Source: Elusimicrobiota bacterium
Lineage (GTDB): Bacteria; Elusimicrobiota; Elusimicrobia; F11
Length of the DNA: 64,000 nt
Assembly (NCBI GenBank): GCA_044221725.1
Contig: JBGAON010000001.1
Span: 1-64,000 of the forward strand
Reading direction: 5' to 3'
This document shows, one piece after another, positions 18,101 through 26,490 of this stretch (positions within the stretch are counted from its first letter, which is position 1; each line of letters starts with the position of its first letter). The notes beneath the pieces are model-generated. The model worked only from the letters and a program-made list of their open reading frames with translations, was not told where the DNA came from and ran no database searches. The position numbers and the translations under genes are program-made.

Positions 18101-19470
18101 AGTCCAACAATGCGATTGAAGTCATCGCGTTTCAAATCGCGGTACGGCCACGCCTTCGTGAACATTTCAAACAGTTCGTCTTCGTTCCATTCTTGCGCGG
18201 CCACCTCGGCCACAATTTGTTGCTCGAGAATATCGAGGGGCGCTATCGGAATTTCGACGCGATCGAGCCGTCCTTGTTTGACCGCGCGCAGGATCGCCAA
18301 GCTCTCCAGCAACTCGTCGCGCGTCAGAGCGAAGAGACGTCCTTTTGGTATCACGCCGAGCCGGTGACCGGAACGGCCAACGCGCTGCAAAAAAGTGGCA
18401 ATCGAGCGCGGCGAACCGATTTGGCAAACGAGATCCACAAATCCGACATCGATACCGAGCTCGAGTGACGCCGTGGCGACGATGGCTTTGAGCTCTCCTT
18501 TCTTTAGTTTGTCTTCGGCCGTGAGCCGCATCGTGCGCGAGAGACTCCCATGGTGGCTCGCGACCGCGTCTTCGCCCAAATGCTCCCGCAGCCGGTAGCT
18601 CACGCGCTCCGCCATGCGCCGCGTGTTCACAAAAACAATCGTGCTGCGGTGCGTGGCGATGAGCTCGGCCAGGCGCTTATCGATTTCGCCCCACTGCTCG
18701 TTCGAGCACACGGCCGCTAGATCGGAGGAAGGAATTTCCACGTTCAGATCCAACGGGCGACGGTGTCCCACGTCAATAATGTGGCAGGCGGGCTGCCCGT
18801 GAGCGTTGACGCGTTTCGCTCCAACAAGGAATCGCGCAATTTCGTCAATGGGCTTTTGGGTGGCGGAGAGTCCGATTCGCACCGGCGGGACCGCGCACAG
18901 CGCCTCCAGTCGTTCCAGCGATAACATGAGATGCGAACCGCGCTTGTCGCGTGCGAGCGCGTGAATTTCATCGACGATGACCGTGCGCACGTCGGCCAAC
19001 AACTTCCGACTTTTCTCGGCGGTAAGAAGCAGATAAAGCGATTCCGGCGTCGTGACGAGAATGTGCGGCGGCTTCTTTAGCATCGATGTCCGTTCGCTGG
19101 ACGGCGTGTCACCGGTGCGAACAACCGCGCGAATCGGCGGAATTTTCATGCCGGCCGCGCATATGGCTTCCGAGATCTCAGCGAGCGGTGTTTCGAGATT
19201 GCGCTGAATGTCGTTGCTCAGCGCTTTGAGCGGCGATATATAAACGGTCTGAATTTGATTTGCGAGCGTTCCATCAGCGGCTTGGCGCACAAGTTGATCG
19301 ATCGAGACAAGAAAGGCGGCCAAAGTTTTTCCGGATCCGGTCGGAGCAGCGATCAACGTGTTGCGGCGCGCCGCGATTTCCGGCCAACCCAAACGTTGTG
19401 GTTCGGTGGGTTCGCCGAAACGTTTTTTGAACCAATTATCGACGATGGAATGAAAAGGGGTTCCGCTCAT
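15151..19470 (-). CDS. lhr: Lhr-family large ATP-dependent DEAH helicase with extended C-terminal winged-helix region
   Basis: APTGSGKT, DEIH, GLSAT, HHGSLS, ATASLELGIDVG, QRVGRSGH; C-terminal RRYGVV...RRLEARGEIRGGRF. Confidence 0.9.
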   Translation of the reverse strand: MSGTPFHSIVDNWFKKRFGEPTEPQRLGWPEIAARRNTLIAAPTGSGKTLAAFLVSIDQLVRQAADGTLANQIQTVYISPLKALSNDIQRNLETPLAEISEAICAAGMKIPPIRAVVRTGDTPSSERTSMLKKPPHILVTTPESLYLLLTAEKSRKLLADVRTVIVDEIHALARDKRGSHLMLSLERLEALCAVPPVRIGLSATQKPIDEIARFLVGAKRVNAHGQPACHIIDVGHRRPLDLNVEIPSSDLAAVCSNEQWGEIDKRLAELIATHRSTIVFVNTRRMAERVSYRLREHLGEDAVASHHGSLSRTMRLTAEDKLKKGELKAIVATASLELGIDVGFVDLVCQIGSPRSIATFLQRVGRSGHRLGVIPKGRLFALTRDELLESLAILRAVKQGRLDRVEIPIAPLDILEQQIVAEVAAQEWNEDELFEMFTKAWPYRDLKRDDFNRIVGLASEGIAAGRKEGAYLHRDLINKRLRGRRAARLTAITSGGAIPENADYRVVTEDDGAVIGSVNEDFAIESLAGDVFLLGNTSWRIRYVRGGQVVVRDAEGAPATIPFWLGEAPGRTIELSSELSDLRATMAEQLSKSTEAAREWIRRECDVEARPADEAVMYVATQVAAVGFVPTQKEILFERFFDESGGMQLVVHSPYGARINRAWGLALRKRFCRTFDFELQASADDNGITLSLGPQHSFPLEQMFSLLKARHAEETLVQALLAAPMFGVRWRWNVTRALGVLRAQGGRKTPPPLQRFKSDDLLTAVFPLQTACFEHRPPDVPIPDHPLVHQTLYDCLHEAMDIDGWKHVLTDIENGHIKLVGKDTREPSPFSHAILNANPYAFLDDAPLEERRARAVNIRRTLSTEEMRDLAKLDAEAIERVVQEAQPVVRDADELHDVLLTLNAWPADDGKPWQIFFDTLQTQGRVTVAERKEKPALWVAAERWSLVKAALPEVTADPELKLTSELEKTHDTDAAMVALVRGRLEVLGPTTAQTIADQLGVDVLRVNTALARLEAEGAAMQGKYLQDGTSDGWCDRRLLARIHRLTLEGARRRVQPVAIENYWMYLAEYHHLLPGSRRDGPLGLREAIGQLEGFEIPAGAWEGDILAARVEKYQPDWLDALSYSGELVWGRLRAPLKREDEEPSTSGLTRVVPISLLFRDDLNWLLETEKQEGALRARAEATTVRNALQKRGALFFRDLANETGLLGTRLEEALSELAALGAVTADGFAAIRALVGARRHDRNKRRRSIATPTIYGGGGRWTIFPGHVSPVSREERAEQWARLLIRRYGVVCRDVLAHEAGTPAWWELVNVYRRLEARGEIRGGRFIAGVAAEQYALPEAVEALRRPRTDEDMWGIISAADPLNITGSVLPTARVPGTRGNRLLFHNGRVVAVLQAGEIVHLEKTDTAKREKIERALRLTQLPQLRDEILRELSLKSVP

Positions 19471-19543
19471 ACGGTATTTTAGAACAGCGCGGTGGTCGCA
19501 AATCAACCGCATTTGCTAAACAGCAAGCCTGTTCTCAATTTCC

Positions 19544-20719
19544 ATGAAAATTTCACGAACGCTATTTGTTGGTTGGGTTTTCTCTACGGTGCTCGTGGTC
19601 CCTGTTTTCGCTGAGTCAAATCCGTACCATATCGATGATGCTGTCGATGCGACCATCCGCGCTGGTTTTCACGAGCTTTACAATTTGGATTTTGAAAAAT
19701 CGCGCGAGAGTTTTGACACAATTTCCAACCAGGCCAAAGAACACCCTCTCGTCGCGTTTGGCAAAGCCACGATTGAATGGTGGAAAATATCCGTCGATGT
19801 GACCGAAAACGACCCAGAGATCAGCAAACCGTTCTTGGACGCTGCCGATCAATGTTTAGAAATCGCTGAGGCGAAAATAGATACAGGCGACACGTACGGT
19901 GAAGCACATTTGGTGATGGGAAGCATGTACGCGCTGCTCGCGCGTTACGAAGCGGCGAACCGAAACTGGATGGCGGTATATAACCGCGAAAAAAAAGCGC
20001 GCACGTATCTAAAAAAAGCGTTGAAGATCAATCCGAACGCTGTGGATGCCAATATGGCGCTTGGCATTTTTGATTACACGTTATCCACTCTGCCGAAAGC
20101 CATCCGTTTGCTGCCCGGAGCTCACGGGAGTGGAAATCCCGACCAGGGAATAAAAGAACTGCAATTGGCCGCCAACGAAGGAATCTATCTGCGCCTGCCG
20201 GCCACGTTCTTGCTCGCCAGTATTTTTTCGGAAGATTTGAAAGAACCTCACCGCACGGTTCAAATGTTATCGCGGCTTCGGTCCGAGTACCCCGAAAGTC
20301 CGTTCGTGGACCTTATGATGTTTATTGCGCTTTACAATCAGGATTGTCCCGTTGAAATGGCCGTAGAGGCCGATGACTATATGGTGCGGGTGGCGACCGG
20401 TGTTTATCGTCAAGAATTCGCCGCCCAAGGCGCCTACATGACCGCGCTCGTCTTTTTTAAGACGCAGCACTGGGACCAGGCGATCGAACATTTTGACGAC
20501 GCCATCACATCGGCGAGTGAGACGAGTCCATTTCGAATTTGGTCGCTTTTGTACAAAGCCTATGCGTTGGATGCGCTGGGCGAACGGGCGCCGGCCAAAG
20601 AAATCTATCGCCAAATTCTTTCGGAACGCGCACGTTGGCAGTCGCATGAATACGCGGGTCGTCGTCTCAAACGTCCGTTCACTCCGAACGATGCGGAAAT
20701 GGACACTCTTCTTCTATAA
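19544..20719 (+). CDS. Exported TPR/helical-repeat protein
   Basis: Signal peptide ending VFA-E; TPR-like segments such as YLKKALKINPNAVDANMALG. Confidence 0.7.
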   Translation: MKISRTLFVGWVFSTVLVVPVFAESNPYHIDDAVDATIRAGFHELYNLDFEKSRESFDTISNQAKEHPLVAFGKATIEWWKISVDVTENDPEISKPFLDAADQCLEIAEAKIDTGDTYGEAHLVMGSMYALLARYEAANRNWMAVYNREKKARTYLKKALKINPNAVDANMALGIFDYTLSTLPKAIRLLPGAHGSGNPDQGIKELQLAANEGIYLRLPATFLLASIFSEDLKEPHRTVQMLSRLRSEYPESPFVDLMMFIALYNQDCPVEMAVEADDYMVRVATGVYRQEFAAQGAYMTALVFFKTQHWDQAIEHFDDAITSASETSPFRIWSLLYKAYALDALGERAPAKEIYRQILSERARWQSHEYAGRRLKRPFTPNDAEMDTLLL

Positions 20720-20728
20720 AGGGAAAAC

Positions 20729-20830
20729 ATGATGATTTTCACGGTGGATCCAAAAACAAAAGCCGCGGTGCGCCCCACCGCAAAGGATGTTCAATCCACG
20801 TGGGCCCGTTTCAAAGGAAAATCCCAATGA
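20729..20830 (+). CDS. Possible 33-aa small ORF (MMIFTVDPKTKAAVRPTAKDVQSTWARFKGKSQ)
   Basis: AAGGG RBS-like sequence; fills the intergenic gap; the stop overlaps the next ATG as ATGA. Confidence 0.4.
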   Translation: MMIFTVDPKTKAAVRPTAKDVQSTWARFKGKSQ

Positions 20831-21153
20831 GCGAATTGTCCGACTTGCTGGATGAAATCAAAGACGATTCGCTAGCCGAAGCCAAACGGGAATTGTTGGA
20901 TGCGATCGTGCGCGGAAAAGGAAGCACCGAAAGTCTCGCGAAAGAAACCGCTACAAAATTGGAAATTTGGCTTGTCGAGCTCGCGCTTCACGAAATTGGT
21001 CAGCGGGGTTTTAATCGCGCGGTGAAAGAACAGCGCGAGCGCGTCGAACAATGGACAAACACGCAGCGCATCAAAGCGCGTGCCCGCTTTCAAAAGATTC
21101 TTCTCTCCGCTCTCGACATTGCCGTCGACAAAATTGCGGCAAAACTCGCCTAA
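20827..21153 (+). CDS. Hypothetical all-helical protein (108 aa)
   Basis: Amphipathic helical composition; ATG 20827. Confidence 0.65.
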   Translation: MSELSDLLDEIKDDSLAEAKRELLDAIVRGKGSTESLAKETATKLEIWLVELALHEIGQRGFNRAVKEQRERVEQWTNTQRIKARARFQKILLSALDIAVDKIAAKLA

Positions 21154-21238
21154 ACAAAATCGCCTCTGGCTTTTTTGCCGGATCGGATTCAAGCTTTGAG
21201 GGCCTGAAAAATGGGGCCTAATAATAAGGAGATCCGAC

Positions 21239-22723
21239 GTGGAGCGCGCTTTAAACAGGATTGGAACAGAGTGGAGCTGGCCAAAAGACGCTGCCGAAAA
21301 TAAATCACTAAATCCTGCGAACACCGACGAAGTCGTTTGTGTGGCACCCGAAACCCCCGCCTCCGAAGTCGCTCGAGCCGTTGCCGAAGCCAAGAAAGCA
21401 TATCCCGCTTGGAAAAAGACACCGGCACCCGAACGCGCAAAAATTCTTATGCGTCTGGCCGAGATTATGACCGCGCACAAACGGAAACTCGGTGAAATAG
21501 TTACGCGCGAATGCGGGAAGCCACTGCCCGAAGGCCTGGGCGACGTGCAAGAAGCCATCGACATGGCCCACCTCGCGGCCGGAGAGGCACGCCGACTCTA
21601 TGGAGACACGACGCCGTCCGAGCTTCCAAACAAAATGTGCATGACCGTTAGAGAGCCGATCGGTGTCTGTGGACTGATCACCCCGTGGAATTTCCCGGTT
21701 GCCATCCCCGCATGGAAATCGTTGCACGCGCTTATTTGCGGAAATACCGTTGTGCTTAAGCCGGCGGAGGACACGCCGCTCTGCGCCGTGGAATTTGTGA
21801 AAGCGCTCGAAGAAGCCGGATTGCCACCGGGCGTAATGAACCTCGTGCACGGCACCGGAAAAAATGTCGGCGCGGCGCTTGTCGAAAACCCCGACGTTCG
21901 AATGATTTCGTTCACCGGATCGACGAAAACCGGTCGTCACGTGGCCGAACTCTGCGGAAAAACAAGCAAGCGCGTTTCGCTTGAGTGCGGTGGCAAGAAC
22001 GCACAGATTGTGATGCCCGACGCAAATTTGAATTTGGCGCTCGAGGGCGCGTTGTGGGGCGCGTTTGGTACGGCGGGGCAGCGCTGCACAGCAACAAGTC
22101 GCCTGATTCTGCACGCAGATATCTACGATGAATTTGTGAAACAGCTGCTGCAGCAAATCGGCAAACTGAAACTCGGCGATGGCCTTAAACCCAATATCAA
22201 TGTCGGTCCGCTGATCAATCAGAAACAATTGAATCGTGTGCTCGCGTACATCGAGATCGGAAAAAAAGAGGGCGCCACGCTGCTTTGTGGCGGGGACAAG
22301 TCCACTTCCGCCGAAACGGTGAACGGTTATTTTGTTCAGCCAACCGTGTTTGGCGCGGTGAAGCCGTCGATGCGAATTTTTCGCGAAGAAATATTTGGCC
22401 CGGTGCTGTCGATTATCAGCGTGCGCAGTCTTGACGAAGCGATTGAGACGTTAAACGACTGCGATTACGGACTGTCGAGCAGCATTTACACACAAGACGT
22501 GAACCGCGCGCTCATCGCGGTTCGCGATATCGAAGCCGGAATCGTGTATGTGAACGGGCCCACGATCGGCGCCGAGGTGCATTTGCCGTTCGGCGGCGTG
22601 AAAGCCAGTGGCAACGGGCACCGGGAAGCCGGCAAAACAGGACTGGACATATTTACCGAATGGAAAACCGTGTACGTTGACTACAGCGGAAAATTGCAAC
22701 GTGCGCAAATTGACAATTCGTAG
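21239..22723 (+). CDS. Aldehyde dehydrogenase (candidate 2-aminoadipate-6-semialdehyde dehydrogenase)
   Basis: [41 protein letters not shown]; substrate inferred from neighbours only. Confidence 0.9.
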   Translation: MERALNRIGTEWSWPKDAAENKSLNPANTDEVVCVAPETPASEVARAVAEAKKAYPAWKKTPAPERAKILMRLAEIMTAHKRKLGEIVTRECGKPLPEGLGDVQEAIDMAHLAAGEARRLYGDTTPSELPNKMCMTVREPIGVCGLITPWNFPVAIPAWKSLHALICGNTVVLKPAEDTPLCAVEFVKALEEAGLPPGVMNLVHGTGKNVGAALVENPDVRMISFTGSTKTGRHVAELCGKTSKRVSLECGGKNAQIVMPDANLNLALEGALWGAFGTAGQRCTATSRLILHADIYDEFVKQLLQQIGKLKLGDGLKPNINVGPLINQKQLNRVLAYIEIGKKEGATLLCGGDKSTSAETVNGYFVQPTVFGAVKPSMRIFREEIFGPVLSIISVRSLDEAIETLNDCDYGLSSSIYTQDVNRALIAVRDIEAGIVYVNGPTIGAEVHLPFGGVKASGNGHREAGKTGLDIFTEWKTVYVDYSGKLQRAQIDNS

Positions 22724-22736
22724 CACGGAGACCGCC

Positions 22737-24137
22737 ATGAAAAATTCCGAATTTCTCTCGCCCGCGCCGGCCGATTACAAATGGCCGCAATGCCCCGAAG
22801 CCGACAATTTCATTCGCGAACGGCTCACCGCGTTTCTCGAAGGCCACTCGTTCGCGAAGCAGTTAATGGAACAGATGCACTCGGAGACCAGCACCGAATT
22901 CCAAATGTGGGTGGATCATCTCGTGCTGCCGAAGAAGTATTTCCGTGAAGCGGTGCTAGCAAAAATCGGATTTGTAAAAGACAAACAGGCGAAAACGCGT
23001 GGCGGCGCGATCTGCCTCTGGCATCCGTTCGCCGATCTGCCGCGAATCCTTATCGATCCAAAGGCGACCGCAATCTCGTGCGCGATCATGGTGGAAAGCA
23101 TCAGCGATTTCCTGTTGGCGCACGATCGTTCGCTGCCCATTAAAGGGCAGCCGTTGTCACAATACCGCGAGGCGCGCCTGCGCGGCGAACACGGCGAGCT
23201 GCGGCTTATCGAACGCCGAGGAACACGTTCGTTTGTTCCGGATCTGAAAAATCGCGCGGCACTTTATCTTGAAGCTGTCGAGGCGTGGGCCAATCGAAAC
23301 CGACGGTTCTCGTCCCAAAAAGAAGGAATGAAACACGCGCTTGGCCTCGCAAAATCCATGGTTCGCAAACTCGGGACCGGCATGGCCGCCTGCGCGTTCC
23401 TCGAGGCCGAACGTCGGTATTGGCAAAGTCGCAACCGGGCCGCGCGCGTGCAGAAGTTGCGTCAAGACCGGTTGGGTCTTGGTTGGGCAAACCACGATCA
23501 TCACACGTTTCGTTCGGGCCGCCCTGCATTTCCAATGCTCATTAAGATTTTGCAAACGTTCGGATTCAAAAAGCGGGAACGCTATTACGCGGGAGCGGAA
23601 GCCGGTTGGGGCGCGCAGATTGTCGAGCAGCCGGAAGCGCGGCTAATCATTTTTGCCGATGTTGATTTGACGCCGAGCGAAATTTCGGTGGATTTTTCGA
23701 AGAAAGCGTTGCCGGATTTGGACAAGCCTGGCACGGTCGGGTTGTGGTGCGCGCTGCACGGCGAGTCGATGTTGCAAGCCGGTATGCATCACTTGGAAGC
23801 GAAGTTTGATTTCGAGCATCTCCAAGGTACGTTAAAGGACGCGAATGTGAATTTCATGAAGCCGTTTAGCGATTTTCCGTATTTGCGGCAGGCGTTCAGC
23901 GAAGGCGAATGGTGGCCCGTGGATCCGCAACGACTGGAAGTGTTGCGGCGAGGCAACAAAATTTCCGAGGAAGCGTATCTCCGCATCAAAGAACACGGCG
24001 CTGTTGGAAGCCACCTTGAGAATTTACAGCGCCGCGACGGATTTAAAGGATTCAATCAGAAAAGTGTGAGTCAGATTATTCGAGAAGTAAACCCTGAAGC
24101 ACAGGCGCTCAAGGGAACAGCCGGAGGTGCCGCATGA
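22737..24137 (+). CDS. Uncharacterised VOC/HPPD-like metalloenzyme (466 aa)
   Basis: NHDHHTFRS, AGMHHLEA and HLENLQRRDGFKGFN motifs; GGAG RBS; ATGA overlap with the next gene. Confidence 0.65.
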   Translation: MKNSEFLSPAPADYKWPQCPEADNFIRERLTAFLEGHSFAKQLMEQMHSETSTEFQMWVDHLVLPKKYFREAVLAKIGFVKDKQAKTRGGAICLWHPFADLPRILIDPKATAISCAIMVESISDFLLAHDRSLPIKGQPLSQYREARLRGEHGELRLIERRGTRSFVPDLKNRAALYLEAVEAWANRNRRFSSQKEGMKHALGLAKSMVRKLGTGMAACAFLEAERRYWQSRNRAARVQKLRQDRLGLGWANHDHHTFRSGRPAFPMLIKILQTFGFKKRERYYAGAEAGWGAQIVEQPEARLIIFADVDLTPSEISVDFSKKALPDLDKPGTVGLWCALHGESMLQAGMHHLEAKFDFEHLQGTLKDANVNFMKPFSDFPYLRQAFSEGEWWPVDPQRLEVLRRGNKISEEAYLRIKEHGAVGSHLENLQRRDGFKGFNQKSVSQIIREVNPEAQALKGTAGGAA

Positions 24138-25210
24138 ATCGAAACGGTTCGATTGCTGTTGTTGGCGGAGGAAAAATTGGTGAGCTGATTGTTGCGTTGC
24201 TCTCGCAGAAATATCACGTAACGGCTTACGATGTGGATTTGAAACGCGCGAAAGAGTCTGCGGGACGGCGAGCCAAAGCCGTCCGGCTCGATGCAAAAAA
24301 AGAAGCGTCGCTCGTGAAAGCGCTTAAAGACAAACGGCTCGTCGTCAACAGTTGTCCGTACTTCATGAACAAGCATATCTCGCGCGCGGCCGCGAAGGCC
24401 GGCACCAGTTACATCGATTTGTCGGAGGACGTTGAATCCGGCGACGAAATTGAAAAGCTCGCCAAAAAATCCGACGCCTATTTCGTTCCACGTTGCGGCA
24501 TCGCGCCCGGTTTCATTCAGATCATCGCCGGCCATTTGATCAAGCAGTACGAAAGCGTCGACAGCGCTTCGCTGCGCGTGGGCGCTTTGCCAGTGAATCC
24601 AACGAATTCGCTCAAATACAATCTCACGTGGAGCACCGATGGGCTCATTAACGAGTATGGGAATCCGTGCGAGGCGCTTCAAAATGGCGAGATCAAACTG
24701 TTTCAACCACTCGAAGGCTACGAGCGCCTCGTGATGGATGGCGTCGAATACGAAGCGTTCAACACGTCGGGCGGTTTGGGGACGCTGGCGCACTCCATGA
24801 AAGGGCGTGTGAAAAATCTCACCTACAAAACGATGCGCTATTTGGGACATCGCGATCTCATGCAGTTTTTGCTTTTTGATCTGAAATTAAACGAGTACCG
24901 AAAAATTCTCAAGCAAGTTTTGGAATCGGCCGTACCGACCACGAATCAAGATCAAGTGGTGGTGCTGTGCACCGTCGAAGGAAAGAAGAACGGCCTCCTC
25001 ACGCAACAAACCTATTCGAAAACCGTTCGGCACGGAGAACTGATGGGGCGCCATTGGTCGGCCATTCAAATTATTACCGCCTCCAGCGCCGCGACCGTGG
25101 CGGATCTTGTTATGAAAGGAAAACTTCCGCACAAAGGGTTCGTCTGCCAAGAAGAAATAAATTTTGTTGATTTCTGCTCATCGTCCTTCGGAAAAATGTT
25201 TCTCAATTAA
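24134..25210 (+). CDS. Saccharopine dehydrogenase / lysine 6-dehydrogenase family protein
   Basis: GGGKIG Rossmann motif, YIDLSED, CGIAPG, LKYNLTWSTDGLINEY, EAFNTSGGLGTL, YKTMRYLGH. Confidence 0.9.
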   Translation: MNRNGSIAVVGGGKIGELIVALLSQKYHVTAYDVDLKRAKESAGRRAKAVRLDAKKEASLVKALKDKRLVVNSCPYFMNKHISRAAAKAGTSYIDLSEDVESGDEIEKLAKKSDAYFVPRCGIAPGFIQIIAGHLIKQYESVDSASLRVGALPVNPTNSLKYNLTWSTDGLINEYGNPCEALQNGEIKLFQPLEGYERLVMDGVEYEAFNTSGGLGTLAHSMKGRVKNLTYKTMRYLGHRDLMQFLLFDLKLNEYRKILKQVLESAVPTTNQDQVVVLCTVEGKKNGLLTQQTYSKTVRHGELMGRHWSAIQIITASSAATVADLVMKGKLPHKGFVCQEEINFVDFCSSSFGKMFLN

Positions 25211-25344
25211 TTGACGTTTCGGCCATGAAAGACGTTGTTCGTTGTCCATGGCCGATGCAAAACGACCCGCTTTATAGGCCGTCGCCATCCTTTCCGTGAT
25301 CGAAATCACGCAGATTTCCGACGCCGTTCCATTTACACTGGAGC

Positions 25345-26490
25345 ATGGATCTCCCCGAAGAGGAACCAAAGAGCCGACTGCGCATTCTGTTTGTCATTTG
25401 CATGTTTATTTCTCGTTTTGGGTTTTCGGAAGAGCTGCTGCGCGATAATTTCGACTACGCGGACGGGCTCATCACGAACGAATACGCGTTTTGGAATCCC
25501 AGTGACTCAGCGGCGACACGTTCGCCGATTTGGGATATGGACAGTGGTTCGTTCTTTGCGCAGGCGCAAGCCGGTTGGACAGGCATTCCCGACACAACGT
25601 CGCCAAACATTGCGTCGTCGAATGGAACGAACTCAGCGGTTTTCCGACTGAACACCAAGCGCGCGGATTTTGGCGACGTAGCGGTATCACTTTCGCTTCT
25701 CAATCAAGGACTTACGACAACGCCCGCCACGCCGGCACAAAGCTGGGACGGTTGTCATATTTGGCTGCGATATCGGTCGGAATATAACTTGTACTACACG
25801 AGCATTAACCGGCGCGACAACAAAGTCGTGATTAAAAAGAAAGTGCCCGGTGGACCGTCGAATGGTGGTACGTATTACGAACTCTGCTCCTATGTTCCAT
25901 TCATGGTTCCTTACAATACATGGCAGCAGGTAAAGGCCACTGTTAAGACCAATACCGACCAAAGCGTGACAATCGAACTTTATTCTGGGAGCACGAAATT
26001 GGTGAGCGCCACGGACAACGGCACGATTGGCGGGCCACCCATCACGGGTCTTGGGCGCGTGGGCGTGCGCGGCGATAACGCGAATTTAAAAATCGATAAC
26101 TTTGTCGTTGAAACATTGGGTGCAACGCCGGTGCCCACACCGACTCCGACACCAACTCCAACGCCACTGCCCACGCCGACACCAATTCCCACTCCTGCGC
26201 CAACTCCAACACCGATTCCCGATTCGCCGCGAAAGCCTCATCCAGCAAAAAAATCCGGGCAGTTACTGAATCGGTCCGTCGGCGAGCAGGCGGTAGACAT
26301 AATGTGCGTTCACGGTAGCCCGGTCATTCGTACCCGTTTTGGGAATGTGATCCGCCAGAACTTGCCTGAAATGGGAACAGACGAATATCGTTGGGACGGA
26401 CGTACCGATGGGGGAGATTTTCCATCATCGGGTGTGTACAACGCTGAATGTGGCGGTATACCGCAGCGCGTGGTGTTTATTCGAGGATAA
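25345..26490 (+). CDS. Putative exported beta-sandwich (ConA/lectin-like) protein with PT linker and FlgD-Ig-like C-terminus
   Basis: Hydrophobic N-terminus; beta-rich domain ending GRVGVRGDNANLKIDNF; PT linker; YRWDGRTDGG...SSGVY. Confidence 0.65.
   Translation: MDLPEEEPKSRLRILFVICMFISRFGFSEELLRDNFDYADGLITNEYAFWNPSDSAATRSPIWDMDSGSFFAQAQAGWTGIPDTTSPNIASSNGTNSAVFRLNTKRADFGDVAVSLSLLNQGLTTTPATPAQSWDGCHIWLRYRSEYNLYYTSINRRDNKVVIKKKVPGGPSNGGTYYELCSYVPFMVPYNTWQQVKATVKTNTDQSVTIELYSGSTKLVSATDNGTIGGPPITGLGRVGVRGDNANLKIDNFVVETLGATPVPTPTPTPTPTPLPTPTPIPTPAPTPTPIPDSPRKPHPAKKSGQLLNRSVGEQAVDIMCVHGSPVIRTRFGNVIRQNLPEMGTDEYRWDGRTDGGDFPSSGVYNAECGGIPQRVVFIRG
26125..26220 (+). repeat. Coding Pro-Thr linker repeat
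   Basis: TPVPTPTPTPTPTPLPTPTPIPTPAPTPTPIP. Confidence 0.9.
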
